Part shown: positions 1 to 9,168 of the stretch, one piece after another
Layout of the letters: the number at the start of each line of letters is the position of its first letter
How positions within the stretch are numbered: position 1 is the stretch's first letter
Assembly: GCF_037482545.1 (NCBI RefSeq)
Contig: NZ_JBBIAA010000001.1
Location: 321,226-385,225 of the forward strand
Source: Pseudokineococcus basanitobsidens
Lineage (GTDB): Bacteria > Actinomycetota > Actinomycetes > Actinomycetales > Quadrisphaeraceae
Direction: 5' to 3'
DNA length: 64,000 nucleotides
Notes under the pieces: model-generated
The model's database searches: none
What the model saw: the letters and a program-made list of their open reading frames with translations, nothing else
Told to the model about the DNA's origin: nothing
Program-made: the position numbers and the translations under genes

Positions 1-9
1 CAGGCCGCC

Positions 10-495
10 GTGGCCGACGACGAGAGGGACGACGTGAGCGACGCAGCAGCCCGGAGCGAGCCGGGGCTCGAGGACGACCCGGTGCTCGAGGACTACCCGG
101 TGCGGCGGGTCTTCCCCACCCGCTGGAACGACGACGACCGGTTCGGCCACCTCAACAACACCGTCTACTACTCGGCGATGGACACGACCATCACCGGCTG
201 GCTGCTGGCGGGGGACGACCTGGGGCTGCTCGACGGTGGGTTCCGGCCGGTCGTCGTGCAGTCCTCGTGCTCCTACCGACGGTCGGTGGGGTACCCGGAC
301 GTCCTGGAGGTCGGCCTGCGCTCCGTGCGCGTCGGGGGCTCGAGCATGACCTACGACCTGGGCATCTTCGTCCAGGCCGACGGCGGCCTCGTCGCCCGCG
401 GCACGTGGGTGCACGTCGGCGTCGACCCGGGCACCGGCCGTCCCGTGCCCGTGCCCGACAGCCTGCGCGAGCGGCTCGCGGGGATCACCGGCTGA
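10..495 (+). CDS. acyl-CoA thioesterase, hotdog fold (YbgC/4HBT-like)
   Basis: 161-aa ORF with high GC3. The core (RWNDDDRFGHLNNTVYYS...VVQSSCSYRR) is typical of 4HBT/YbgC hotdog thioesterases. The true start could lie upstream of the window. Confidence 0.6.
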   Translation: MADDERDDVSDAAARSEPGLEDDPVLEDYPVRRVFPTRWNDDDRFGHLNNTVYYSAMDTTITGWLLAGDDLGLLDGGFRPVVVQSSCSYRRSVGYPDVLEVGLRSVRVGGSSMTYDLGIFVQADGGLVARGTWVHVGVDPGTGRPVPVPDSLRERLAGITG

Positions 496-560
496 CGGGG
501 TCGCGAGGTCGTACGCTCCGCTGCCATGACGGACGACACGACCTCGCCCCGGGACTGACC

Positions 561-1052
561 GTGGCCGCCGAGTACCGGGTCGTGCGCGAGCTCCACGTGG
601 GGGCGCCGCCGGCCGTCGTCTACGAGCGCCTCGTCGACCTCCGCCGGTGGCGCGGGTGGTCGCCCTACGAGGACCTCGACCCCGACATGCGACGCACCTG
701 CTCGGGCGCCGGCTCGGGGGTCGGCGCCGTCTACGAGTGGTCGGGCGACCTCAAGGCCGGTGCGGGCCGGCTCGAGGTCGTCGAGGCCGTCCCGGACGAG
801 CGGGTGGTCGTCGAGCAGCAGAACCTCAAGCCTCTCCGCTCCCGGAGCACCACCGTCCTCGAGCTCGAGGAGACCGACGCGGGAACGCGGGTCACCTGGG
901 CCGTGACGGGCCGCCTGACCCCGCTGACGCGGGTCATGGGCCTGGTCGCGCCGATGGAGAAGCTGCTCGGCCCGATGCACGAGAAGGGGCTGGCCCGGCT
1001 GCGCGACGAGGTCGAGGGGGCCCGTCCCGCCGGCGGTCCGTCGAGCTCCTGA
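561..1052 (+). CDS. SRPBCC (START/Bet v1-like, polyketide cyclase/dehydrase-type) family protein
   Basis: GTG at 561, in frame with the long ORF 267..1052. The C-terminal 160 aa (AEYRVVRELHVGAPPAVVYERLVDLRRW...) fit the SRPBCC fold, while the N-terminal part of the long ORF is Arg/Pro-rich junk. Confidence 0.55.
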   Translation: MAAEYRVVRELHVGAPPAVVYERLVDLRRWRGWSPYEDLDPDMRRTCSGAGSGVGAVYEWSGDLKAGAGRLEVVEAVPDERVVVEQQNLKPLRSRSTTVLELEETDAGTRVTWAVTGRLTPLTRVMGLVAPMEKLLGPMHEKGLARLRDEVEGARPAGGPSSS

Positions 1053-1156
1053 CCGGCGGCGCCCCGACCCGGTGACGCCCCGACCCGGTGACGCCGTCGT
1101 CCACGACGAGCTCGCACACCCCGTCGCCCTCTCCCTCGACGCGGACCGGGCTCCGG

Positions 1157-1750
1157 TCAGCCCTGCCGGTCGCGCCACGACTCCTCGCGCAGGCGGTGCA
1201 GCACGTGCCGGCGCAGGCGGTGGCCGTCCGGCAGGGCCGGGTGGTCGAAGTCCTCGGCCGGGTCGCGGCTCATGCCGAGCCGGCCCATCACCGCGCGCGA
1301 GCGCTCGTTCGTGGTCGCCGTGAAGGAGACGACCTCGTCGAGCCCGACGTCCTCGAAGGCCACGCGCAGCGCCGCCCGCCCGGCCTCGGTGGCGTAGCCG
1401 CGGCCCCAGGCCCAGCGGGCGAGGCGCCAGCCGACCTCGACGCACGGCGTGAAGGCTGCCTCGAACCGGGGCACCGCGAGCCCGGTGAAGCCGGCGAGCC
1501 GACCGGCGTCCTCGCCCGCTGCGACCTCCACGGCCCACAGGCCCCAGCCGTGCTCGGCGAGGTGGGCGTCGGCCCGGTCGACGAGCGCGTCGCTGGCGTC
1601 GCGCTCCAGGGGGGCGGGGAAGTGCTCCATGACGAGCGGGTCGGCGGTGAGCGCGGCGAAGAGCTCCCGGTCCTGCGCGCGCCAGCGGCGCAGCAGCAGC
1701 CGCTCCGTGCGCAGATCGGTGCGGCCGTCGGGGTCCGCCGGGGCCCTCAC
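1157..1750 (-). CDS. GNAT family N-acetyltransferase (RimJ/RimL-like)
   Basis: 197 aa with a GNAT core (LRRWRAQDRELFAALTADP...EVGWRLARWAWGRGYATEA). Confidence 0.75.
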   Translation of the reverse strand: MRAPADPDGRTDLRTERLLLRRWRAQDRELFAALTADPLVMEHFPAPLERDASDALVDRADAHLAEHGWGLWAVEVAAGEDAGRLAGFTGLAVPRFEAAFTPCVEVGWRLARWAWGRGYATEAGRAALRVAFEDVGLDEVVSFTATTNERSRAVMGRLGMSRDPAEDFDHPALPDGHRLRRHVLHRLREESWRDRQG

Positions 1751-2253
1751 AGCTCCACCTTCATGCCGACGTGCGAGGCCGTGAAGCCCAGGCGGGCGTA
1801 GAACCGGTGCGCGTCCTGCCGGCTGGCGTGGCTCGTCAGCTGGACGACGGCGCTGCCGCGCCGGCGGGCGTCCTCGACGACCCAGCGGACGAGTGCCGTC
1901 CCGAGGCCGCGCGAGCGGTGCCGCCGGGCGACGCGGACGGCCTCCAGCTGGGTGCGCACGGCGCCGCGGCGCGACAGCCCCGCCAGGTGGGCGACCTGGA
2001 GCGTCGCCACGACCTCGCCGTCGTCCTCCGCGACGAGGAGCTCCTGGCAGGGGTCCGCGTCGACGGCGGCGAAGGCGCGGAGGTAGCCCGGGACGGCGCC
2101 CGGTCCTGTGTCCTCGCGCCCCGCCCCGAGCGGGTCGTCGGCCAGGAGGGCGACGACCGCGGGGACGTCCGCGGCGACGGCGCGCCGCAGGAGGAAGGGG
2201 TGACCGCCGACCACCACGTCGACGGGCAGGGCGGGGTCACCGGTCGCGTCCAC
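1747..2253 (-). CDS. GNAT family N-acetyltransferase
   Basis: The GNAT core (LQVAHLAGLSRRG...VARRHRSRGLGTALV...ARLGF) is preceded by an Arg-rich extension in the maximal ORF, which runs to 2391. The GTG at 2253 is the proposed start. There is a 4-nt overlap with the downstream GNAT start (1747..1750). Confidence 0.6.
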   Translation of the reverse strand: MDATGDPALPVDVVVGGHPFLLRRAVAADVPAVVALLADDPLGAGREDTGPGAVPGYLRAFAAVDADPCQELLVAEDDGEVVATLQVAHLAGLSRRGAVRTQLEAVRVARRHRSRGLGTALVRWVVEDARRRGSAVVQLTSHASRQDAHRFYARLGFTASHVGMKVEL

Positions 2254-2521
2254 GGCGCCATGCTCCCGCGCCGCCGAGCCCTCGCGTCGTCGAGCCCTCA
2301 CGTCGTCGAGCCCACGCGTCGTCGAGCCCACGCGTCGTCGAGATGGAGCCTGCCGCCGCCGGCAGGGCCCGGGGGCGGCGAGGACCTCCATCTCGACGGG
2401 CTCCGGTCGGGCACCTGCGTGCGGGCCGGGCGCTGCGGACGTCGGCCCGGGAGGACGATGCGCCGGCAGCCTCGGCGAGGGCTGAGACGGCCGTGGACGA
2501 CCGTCGAGGACGACCGGGGCC

Positions 2522-3088
2522 TCAGGACCGCGGCACCGCCGGCAGCCCGTCGATGCTCTCGGCGTTCTGCGTGCGCCAGTACTGCGGGTAGTAGTCCTCC
2601 CCGCTGCGCTCCTGCACGCGGTCGAGGACGTCGCGGTGCCCGCGGAAGTCCATGAGGGGCACCGAGAAGCCGCAGGAGTCGGAGATCCGCGAGACGTCCA
2701 CGACGACGACCGACCGCTGCCCGACGGTGCGCTCCTTGCCGAAGGCGGCCCGCAGCCCGGGGAACTCGGCGTCGGACGGGAGCACCACGCGGCCGCGGCC
2801 GTGCAGGCGGACGATCGTGGGCCGGCCGTCGAAGGCGGCGAACATGACGACGACGCGGCCGTTCTCGCGCACGTGCGCGATGGTCTCGGCGCCCGAGCCG
2901 CTGTAGTCGAGGTAGGCGACGGTGCGCCCGTCGAGGACGGCGAAGGTGCCGTCCATCCCCTTCGGCGAGACGTTGACGTGGCCGTCGGCGGCCAGCGGTG
3001 CGGTCGCGACGAAGTAGACGGGCTGGGCGCGCATCCACCCCGCCAGGTCGTCGCCGATGACGTCGTAGACCTTGCCCATGGGCGGCAC
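2522..3088 (-). CDS. pyridoxamine 5'-phosphate oxidase family FMN-binding protein
   Basis: 188 aa (YFVATAPLAADGHVNVSPKG...VVMFAAFDGRPTIVRLHGRG) with a PPOX-class split-barrel signature. Start is GTG at 3088 or ATG at 3079. Confidence 0.75.
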   Translation of the reverse strand: MPPMGKVYDVIGDDLAGWMRAQPVYFVATAPLAADGHVNVSPKGMDGTFAVLDGRTVAYLDYSGSGAETIAHVRENGRVVVMFAAFDGRPTIVRLHGRGRVVLPSDAEFPGLRAAFGKERTVGQRSVVVVDVSRISDSCGFSVPLMDFRGHRDVLDRVQERSGEDYYPQYWRTQNAESIDGLPAVPRS

Positions 3089-3115
3089 GCTAGGGCGTCG
3101 GCACCGCGGGTGGGG

Positions 3116-3730
3116 TCACGACCGGGCGAGCGGCCGGTCCCCGCGCGCCACCTCCGGCCGGCGGGCGACGAGCGCGGCGACGAGGAGCGAGGCCAGGAGC
3201 GCGCCGGTCGTCCCCAGCACCATGTCGCCGAGCGTGTCCGCGTAGGCGGTGGCCTCCTCGGGGCCGCCGCGGACGAAGGTCGCGTACTCGCCGACCTCCC
3301 ACACCAGCGCCGCCAGGCAGCCGCAGCCCGCGCCGAGCAGCACCCGCACCCACGTCGGCAGCGACCGCGGCAGCACCAGGGCCAACCCCGCCGCGAGCAG
3401 TCCCCAGTTGACCAGGTGCGCCGCGTCGTCGAACCACACCACGGCGTCGAAGAGGTCGAGCGCGTTACCCACGAGGTCGACCGCCCACGGCAGGCTGACG
3501 AGCAGGTCGGCGAGCGCGGGGAAGCGGACCGCGCGGCGCGCCCGGCGCCGCACGAGCGCCCACGCCACCGGCACGAGGAGCAGCCCCAGCGGGTAGACGA
3601 CGGCCCGTCCGGTCATCGCCTTGTCGGAGAACCGCTCCCAGCCGGGGAACGCGAGCGCGAGCGCCAGGAGCCCGAGCACCACGACCTTGACGGCGAGGTC
3701 GGCCACGAGGACGCGGCGGTCGGTGGTCAC
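3116..3730 (-). CDS. hypothetical integral membrane protein
   Basis: 204 aa with 5-6 hydrophobic helices and high GC3. It is co-oriented with the upstream secreted protein. Confidence 0.5.
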   Translation of the reverse strand: MTTDRRVLVADLAVKVVVLGLLALALAFPGWERFSDKAMTGRAVVYPLGLLLVPVAWALVRRRARRAVRFPALADLLVSLPWAVDLVGNALDLFDAVVWFDDAAHLVNWGLLAAGLALVLPRSLPTWVRVLLGAGCGCLAALVWEVGEYATFVRGGPEEATAYADTLGDMVLGTTGALLASLLVAALVARRPEVARGDRPLARS

Positions 3731-3842
3731 GTGCTCATCCTGGCCCGGGCCTGGTGCGACCTCGCGTCGTCCGGGTGCTGCTGCTCCCGAAGCATCCCGC
3801 GCGGTCGGGCCGAGCGGCCGGGCCCGGACGCGGCCCGGAGGC

Positions 3843-5669
3843 TCAGCGCTCGTAGAAGACCCCGAGCTCCGAGATCGACGTGAAGTGCGCCGAGCCGCCC
3901 GGCTGGCCGATGATCCGCACGCCGTCGCCCCACGTGCGGCGGAACCGCAAGGTGAAGGTGCGTCGCGGACCCGCCTCGGGCGAGAACGGGTAGTCGGGGG
4001 TGATGCGGAGGTCCTCGACGTCCGTCCACACGAAGTCGCGCCGCACCTGCACGCGCAGACCCCCCGCGAAGGCGGAGAACCAGCCGCCGTCGTCCGACAT
4101 CTCTCCGCTCGTGTAGTCGACCCGGTTCATCCGCACCGGCTCGGCGAGCGTGTAGCCCCAGTAGTCGATGCCCTTGTTCGTGCCGTCGAAGCTGTCCTCG
4201 CTGCCCTCGACGCTGCCGTCGTTGTAGAACTCGCGGTTGCCCCGGTGGGCGCACACCTCGAGGGGGGCGACGACGACGTGCCCGCGGACCAGGTTCTCCG
4301 CCTGCGAGGGCAGCCGCGCGCCGTTGCGAGGACGCTGCCGCGTCCACGGCGTCACCTGCACGCGCCGGAGGTTGAAGTTGTAGTTGTCCTCCGGCGACGG
4401 CAGCGGCGCCGTCCACCAGTTGCTCTGCATCCACATCGTCAGGCCGTCCACGCTGACGTACTTGGAGGGCAGCACCGTGCCGTAGCCGCCGTTCTTGGGC
4501 CGGTGGTCGGGGTCGCTCATCTGGTACCACTCGACGAGGCCGGCGCTGTGCACGTGGAACCTCCGCCACGGCCCCCACGGCCGTGGCGCCTCGTAGAGCT
4601 CGAACGTCGGGTCGCTCCACGACGCGTAGAGGAAGCGGTCCAGCGGCGCGTTGTACAGGACGTGCCCCTGCGAGACCACCGTCAGGGCGCCGTTCTTGCC
4701 GGGGCGCGTGTCGGGGAACCGGCGGAGCGGGTCGTGGAGCACGGGTGCCTTGTCCTCGATCCGCGGTGACCAGGAGGGGTGCCCGTCCCGGACACCGGTG
4801 AGGAACTCCCAGCTCTTCCGGTCCTGCACCGCGTCGCCGGGGACCCGCGCGAGGTAGAGGTCCACCGGGTCCGGCACCGTGCCGGCGTTCGACGTCCGCC
4901 AGTTCCAGTCCAGGCCGTAGGCGTAGACGTAGGCGCCGTCGACCGGCCCGAGCGTGGGGACGGCGTGCTCGGAGTCCCGACCGAGGTCGGCGAAGAAGAC
5001 GGTCGTGAAGCGGTGGTCGGTGAACATCGGCTCGTCGGTCGTCGTCCACGTCCGGCCGTGGTCGTCCGAGCGGCTGATGCTGGCGGCGGGCGCGTCGTCG
5101 AAGGCGGCCTCGCCGTACCGCAGGTCCTGGACCGCCAGGTAGAGCACCCCGCCGACGCAGACGATGCCCGTGGGCTTGCGGTTGTAGCGCTCCGGGTCGC
5201 TCCAGACGCGGGCGACCTCCTCGGACTCCGCGAGCTTCTCGCCGCGCAGCCCGGTCTCGGGGGTGCCCTGCACCCGGTTCACCACCAGGTCCCGGAAGGG
5301 CTCGTCGCTGAAGCCGCGGCCGTCGCCGTTGGCCGTGTACACCCAGTCGTCGTCACCCCAGGCGCACGGCCACAGGTCGCCGTCGCTGCCCGGTGCTGCG
5401 TAGGTGCCGGCCACCTCCACGGTCGCCGTCGCGAAGAAGGTGCTCGTCTCCTGGCGCAGGTCGCCCGGCTCGACGTCGTCACGGCGACCGCCCTCGGTCG
5501 GCGCCTGCTGCGGCACCTCATGGGTGACCTGTTGGGCCCACGCCGCCGGCGCCGCAGCCACGGCGCCGCCCGCGAGGGCTCCGCCGCCGAGGAAGCCGCG
5601 TCGCGACAGGCCGTGCCGCGGCTCGTCTCCGTGGTGTCCGTCCGAGCCGTGCACCTCGTGCTCCGCCAT
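3843..5669 (-). CDS. secreted (Tat signal) BNR/Asp-box beta-propeller protein, sialidase-like fold
   Basis: 608 aa. The N-terminus (SRRGFLGGGALAGGAVAAAPAAWA) is a twin-arginine signal, and SRSDDHGRTWT is a BNR/Asp-box motif. Likely an exported glycan-active protein. Confidence 0.7.
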   Translation of the reverse strand: MAEHEVHGSDGHHGDEPRHGLSRRGFLGGGALAGGAVAAAPAAWAQQVTHEVPQQAPTEGGRRDDVEPGDLRQETSTFFATATVEVAGTYAAPGSDGDLWPCAWGDDDWVYTANGDGRGFSDEPFRDLVVNRVQGTPETGLRGEKLAESEEVARVWSDPERYNRKPTGIVCVGGVLYLAVQDLRYGEAAFDDAPAASISRSDDHGRTWTTTDEPMFTDHRFTTVFFADLGRDSEHAVPTLGPVDGAYVYAYGLDWNWRTSNAGTVPDPVDLYLARVPGDAVQDRKSWEFLTGVRDGHPSWSPRIEDKAPVLHDPLRRFPDTRPGKNGALTVVSQGHVLYNAPLDRFLYASWSDPTFELYEAPRPWGPWRRFHVHSAGLVEWYQMSDPDHRPKNGGYGTVLPSKYVSVDGLTMWMQSNWWTAPLPSPEDNYNFNLRRVQVTPWTRQRPRNGARLPSQAENLVRGHVVVAPLEVCAHRGNREFYNDGSVEGSEDSFDGTNKGIDYWGYTLAEPVRMNRVDYTSGEMSDDGGWFSAFAGGLRVQVRRDFVWTDVEDLRITPDYPFSPEAGPRRTFTLRFRRTWGDGVRIIGQPGGSAHFTSISELGVFYER

Positions 5670-5743
5670 GCTCCTCGTCGCCCTTCGTCGCGCGCCGTGC
5701 TCGCCTCCTCCACGCCGTGACGTCGGTCTCCGGCTGCGACGGC

Positions 5744-5759
5744 GAGCAATCGATTGCTC
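5744..5759. promoter_or_regulatory. perfect 16-bp palindrome GAGCAATCGATTGCTC (candidate LacI-type operator)
   Basis: Read directly from the sequence. It lies in the 267-bp leader upstream of the substrate-binding protein gene at 5937 and shares the AATCGATT core with the 12-mers at 5889 and 19417. Confidence 0.5.
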
Positions 5760-5857
5760 GGACCGTAGGAGCCGGTGCTCGGCGTGTCAACGGAGTGCAG
5801 GACATCGCTCACCGCCGGTCGGGCGACGGGCTCGGGTGGAGGCCCCCGTCCGTCCTG

Positions 5858-5900
5858 TTGACGCCGGCACGGCGGCGTCCTAGCGTGTGAAATCGATTCC
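5858..5900 (+). promoter_or_regulatory. promoter (TTGACG-N17-TAGCGT) with adjacent GAAATCGATTCC operator-like 12-mer
   Basis: -35 TTGACG at 5858..5863, -10 TAGCGT at 5881..5886, and the 12-mer at 5889..5900, 36 bp upstream of the ATG at 5937. The 12-mer is identical to 19417..19428. Confidence 0.5.
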
Positions 5901-5936
5901 TCCGGCGCTGCCGGACCCGACGACGGGAGGTCGACG

Positions 5937-7295
5937 ATGACCCCGAGCTCGTCCCCGGGCGGTGGGCCGACGCGCCGCGCCGTCCTCGGTGGTGCCGTGG
6001 GTGCCCTCGCGACCGCGGCGTTCGCCGGGTGTGGCCGCAGCGGCGCGGGAGGCGACGGCCGACCGCTGGAGTTCTGGCAGTTCTACGCGCCGCAGTCGCA
6101 GACCCAGCCCGACCTCGCGGCCCAGAACGAGTGGTTCCTCTCGGCCGTCTCCGACTGGAACGCCGCGCACCCCGAGCAGGTGCGGCCCGTCTTCATCCCC
6201 AACTTCACCGATCCCTCGAACACCCGCCTGGCGACCGCCTTCGCCTCCGGCAGCGGCCCGGACGTGTTCCTCATCAGCCCGGGTGACTTCCTGCGCTACT
6301 ACAACGGCGGCGCGCTCCTGGACCTGCGTCCGTACATGGAGGCCGAGGCGGTCGACGACTTCATCGGCGAGGTGCTGGCGACGCGGGTCGTGGGGGACGG
6401 CGTCTACGCGCTGCCGATGGAGGTGGAGCCGCTCGTCATGTTCTACAGCCGCCCCGCGTGGGAGGCAGCCGGGCTCAGCGAGGGTGACATCCCGACGACG
6501 TGGGACGCGATGCTCGACGTCGCCGAGCGACTCACGACGCCGCAGCAGTCGGGGCTCGTCTTCGAGACGACGCCCGGCTACTTCCAGAACTTCACCTGGT
6601 ACCCGTGGCTCTGGCAGGGCGGCGGGGACGTCGTCGACCCGCGGACGCAGCAGGCCACCTTCGACAGCCCGGCGGCACGCCAGGCGCTGGATCTCTTCGG
6701 GTCCGCGATCCGGCGCGGGGTGGCGCCGCGGACCCTGCCGGCAGCGGGCGACGTCGCCGGCGCCTTCGCCGAGGGGTATGCGGCGACCTGGCAGTCGGGG
6801 ATCTGGCAGGTGGCCAACTTCCGCGCCAACCAGCCGGAGTTCGACTTCGGGGTCTTCACGCTGCCGACACCTCCCGACGGTGTCCCCCGGACGGTCCTCG
6901 GCGGGTGGGCCTGGTGCGTCAACGCGCGGGGACGGGACCCCGACGCGGCCGCCCGCTTCGTCGTCGAGACCATCGGCAGCACCTCGGACGCCTCCGTCGA
7001 GCGCCTCGTGCAGTGGTGCTCGGTGGCCAAGACGGACATGCCCCCACGGCAGTCCGTGGACCGGCGGATGCGGGCCGCCGGCGTCTACGACGACCCGGTC
7101 ATGGGCTTCTTCCGCGAGCAGGCGCTGCCGACCGGCAGGGGGGAACCGCGGTACCCACCGGTCCTCTACAAGGCGGTGTCCAACGCCATCCAACGGGTGC
7201 AGGCGGCCGGCGCCTCACCGGCCGAGCAGGCCGCCGAGGCCCAGGCGGCGGTCGAGGCCTTCCTGCGGACCTACGACGGAGGTTCCCTGGTATGA
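5937..7295 (+). CDS. sugar ABC transporter substrate-binding lipoprotein (CUT1 family)
   Basis: 452 aa. Has a signal peptide plus lipobox (AAFAGC) and the solute-binding family 1 fold. Leads an operon with two permeases. Confidence 0.85.
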   Translation: MTPSSSPGGGPTRRAVLGGAVGALATAAFAGCGRSGAGGDGRPLEFWQFYAPQSQTQPDLAAQNEWFLSAVSDWNAAHPEQVRPVFIPNFTDPSNTRLATAFASGSGPDVFLISPGDFLRYYNGGALLDLRPYMEAEAVDDFIGEVLATRVVGDGVYALPMEVEPLVMFYSRPAWEAAGLSEGDIPTTWDAMLDVAERLTTPQQSGLVFETTPGYFQNFTWYPWLWQGGGDVVDPRTQQATFDSPAARQALDLFGSAIRRGVAPRTLPAAGDVAGAFAEGYAATWQSGIWQVANFRANQPEFDFGVFTLPTPPDGVPRTVLGGWAWCVNARGRDPDAAARFVVETIGSTSDASVERLVQWCSVAKTDMPPRQSVDRRMRAAGVYDDPVMGFFREQALPTGRGEPRYPPVLYKAVSNAIQRVQAAGASPAEQAAEAQAAVEAFLRTYDGGSLV

Positions 7296-8257
7296 CCACC
7301 CTCACCTCGAGAGCCCGCACCGGAGGCGACGAGCCGGCGGCGCGAGGTCGTCGCCGCAGCGTCTCGCCCGCGAGCCGCGCCCGGCAGCGCCGGGAGACGC
7401 GCGCCGCGGTCCTGTTCCTGCTGCCGGACTCCCTCGGTCTGCTCGTCTTCGTCTTCGTGCCGATGGTGCTCGCCATCGCCCTGGGCTTCTTCTCCCTCGA
7501 CGGCTTCGGCAACCTCCGCTTCATCGGCGTGGCGAACTACGTCCGCATGGTCGGGGACCCCCAGTTCTTGCAGAGCGCGGTCGTCACGGTCACCTACCTC
7601 GTGGTGCTCGTGCCCGCCGTCTTCGTCGTCTCGCTGCTGCTGGCCCTCCTCGTGCAGCAGAAGGCGCCCTTCATGGGCGCCATCCGCAGCGCGCTGTTCG
7701 CCCCCTACGTGGTGAGCCTCGTCGTCGTCGGGCTGCTGTGGCAGTTCATGCTCGCCGACCGGGTCGGCATCCTGAACCGGATGCTCGCGACGGTCGGCGT
7801 CCGGGACGTCTCCTGGCTCGGCGACCCGCAGTACACCCTGGGCACGGTCGTGGTGATCAGCATCTGGTTCCAGATGGGTTACTACATGATCATCTTCCTG
7901 GCCGGGCTCCAGGACATCCCCGGCGAGTACTACGAGGCGGCGCGCATCGACGGCGCGAACGCCTGGCAGCGTTTCCGCTCCATCACCTGGCCGTTGCTGC
8001 GCCCCACGGCGCTCTTCGTGCTCATCACCCTGACCATCGCCGTCATCACCGGTGGCTTCGACCTCATCTACATCCTCACCGGCGGAGGTCCTGCGGGTTC
8101 GACCTCGCTGCTCGTCTACTTCGTCTACGAGCAGGCGTTCCTCTTCGGCGAGTACGGCTACGCGGCGGCGGTCGGGTCGGTCCTGGTCCTGGTCCTGCTG
8201 CTGTGGTCGGCGCTGATGTTCAAGCTCACGAGGGGAGGTCGGCTCGATGACGAGTGA
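7292..8257 (+). CDS. sugar ABC transporter permease (MalF-like)
   Basis: The ATG at 7292 overlaps the upstream stop (ATGA). Six TM segments and an EAA-type loop (EAARIDGANAWQRFRSITWPLL). Confidence 0.85.
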   Translation: MTTLTSRARTGGDEPAARGRRRSVSPASRARQRRETRAAVLFLLPDSLGLLVFVFVPMVLAIALGFFSLDGFGNLRFIGVANYVRMVGDPQFLQSAVVTVTYLVVLVPAVFVVSLLLALLVQQKAPFMGAIRSALFAPYVVSLVVVGLLWQFMLADRVGILNRMLATVGVRDVSWLGDPQYTLGTVVVISIWFQMGYYMIIFLAGLQDIPGEYYEAARIDGANAWQRFRSITWPLLRPTALFVLITLTIAVITGGFDLIYILTGGGPAGSTSLLVYFVYEQAFLFGEYGYAAAVGSVLVLVLLLWSALMFKLTRGGRLDDE

Positions 8258-9140
8258 CGCTGCCGCCCGGACAGGTCGGTCGGCGCGGTCCGAGGACGCG
8301 CGGACGGCGGGACCCGCGCGAGGAGACAGGCGGTGGACCCGTCGCTCGGTCGTGCTGCTCCTCGTCGGCGCGGGCGTCGGTCTGGTGACGGTCTTCCCGC
8401 TCGTCTACATGGTGCTCAGCGCCTTCAAGACGGCGGGCGACATCTACGGCACCTCCCTGCTGCCGCCGACGTGGACGCTGGAGAATTTCCGCTACGTCTT
8501 CACCGAGGTCCCTTTCGCCCGGTACATGCTCAACAGCCTCGTGGTGTCGGCGGTGGTGACGGTCGCGGCGCTGCTGTTCCACTCGATGGCGGCCTACGCG
8601 CTGGCGCGGCTGCGATTCCCCGGACGGGAGGCGGTGTTCCTCGTCATCTTCTCGACCCTCCTGGTGAGCCTGCCCGTGGTCCTCATCCCCTCCTTCGTCG
8701 TCGTGCGTTCGCTGGGGATGATCGACAGCTACGCCGGGCTCATCGTGCCGCCCATCTTCAGCGCCTTCGGCATCTTCCTCCTGCGGCAGTTCTACCTCTC
8801 GCTGCCGGCGGAGCTGGAGGAGGCCGCCCTCGTCGACGGGGCGGGCTACTGGCGGATCTACTGGAGCGTCGTCCTGCCGCTGTCACGCCCGATCCTCGCG
8901 GCGCTGGCGGTCTTCTTCTTCCTGGCCAACTGGAACTCCTTCGTCTGGCCGCTCACGATCACCGCCGACCCCGGCCTGCGCGTCGTCCAGGTGGGCATCA
9001 GCACCTTCCAGCAGCAGTACGCGTCCAGCCAGAACTACATCGTGGCGGCGTCCACCGTCGCCGCGCTGCCGACGATGCTGCTGTTCTTCTTCTTCCAGAA
9101 GCAGATCACCGAGTCCATCAAGACCTCCGGCCTCAAGTGA
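8247..9140 (+). CDS. sugar ABC transporter permease (MalG-like)
   Basis: 297 aa with an EAALVDGAGYWRIYWSVVLPLSRP motif. Its start overlaps the end of the previous permease. Confidence 0.85.
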   Translation: MTSDAAARTGRSARSEDARTAGPARGDRRWTRRSVVLLLVGAGVGLVTVFPLVYMVLSAFKTAGDIYGTSLLPPTWTLENFRYVFTEVPFARYMLNSLVVSAVVTVAALLFHSMAAYALARLRFPGREAVFLVIFSTLLVSLPVVLIPSFVVVRSLGMIDSYAGLIVPPIFSAFGIFLLRQFYLSLPAELEEAALVDGAGYWRIYWSVVLPLSRPILAALAVFFFLANWNSFVWPLTITADPGLRVVQVGISTFQQQYASSQNYIVAASTVAALPTMLLFFFFQKQITESIKTSGLK

Positions 9141-9168
9141 GGCGCCTCCCCACCCGCAGGAGCTACCC

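Noticed and set aside
351-1538. Long antisense and alternative-frame ORFs throughout the window. Examples are 351..1538(-), 5880..7193(-), 9402..11288(+), 10198..12396(-), 17783..19897(-), 20147..22273(-), 23356..25089(-), 25960..27876(-), 28060..31545(+), 58257..62255(-) and 58736..62458(+).
   Set aside because: Their translations are Arg/Pro/Gly/Ala-rich low-complexity sequence with no domain signatures. They overlap frames that carry clear family motifs. This is the usual stop-codon-poor artefact of DNA above 70% GC.
1747-2391. Full 214-aa form of the second GNAT ORF, starting at the ATG at 2391.
   Set aside because: The first 46 residues are Arg-rich low complexity, unlike GNAT N-termini. 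An internal GTG at 2253 just before the conserved core is more plausible, so the shorter model was kept at reduced confidence.
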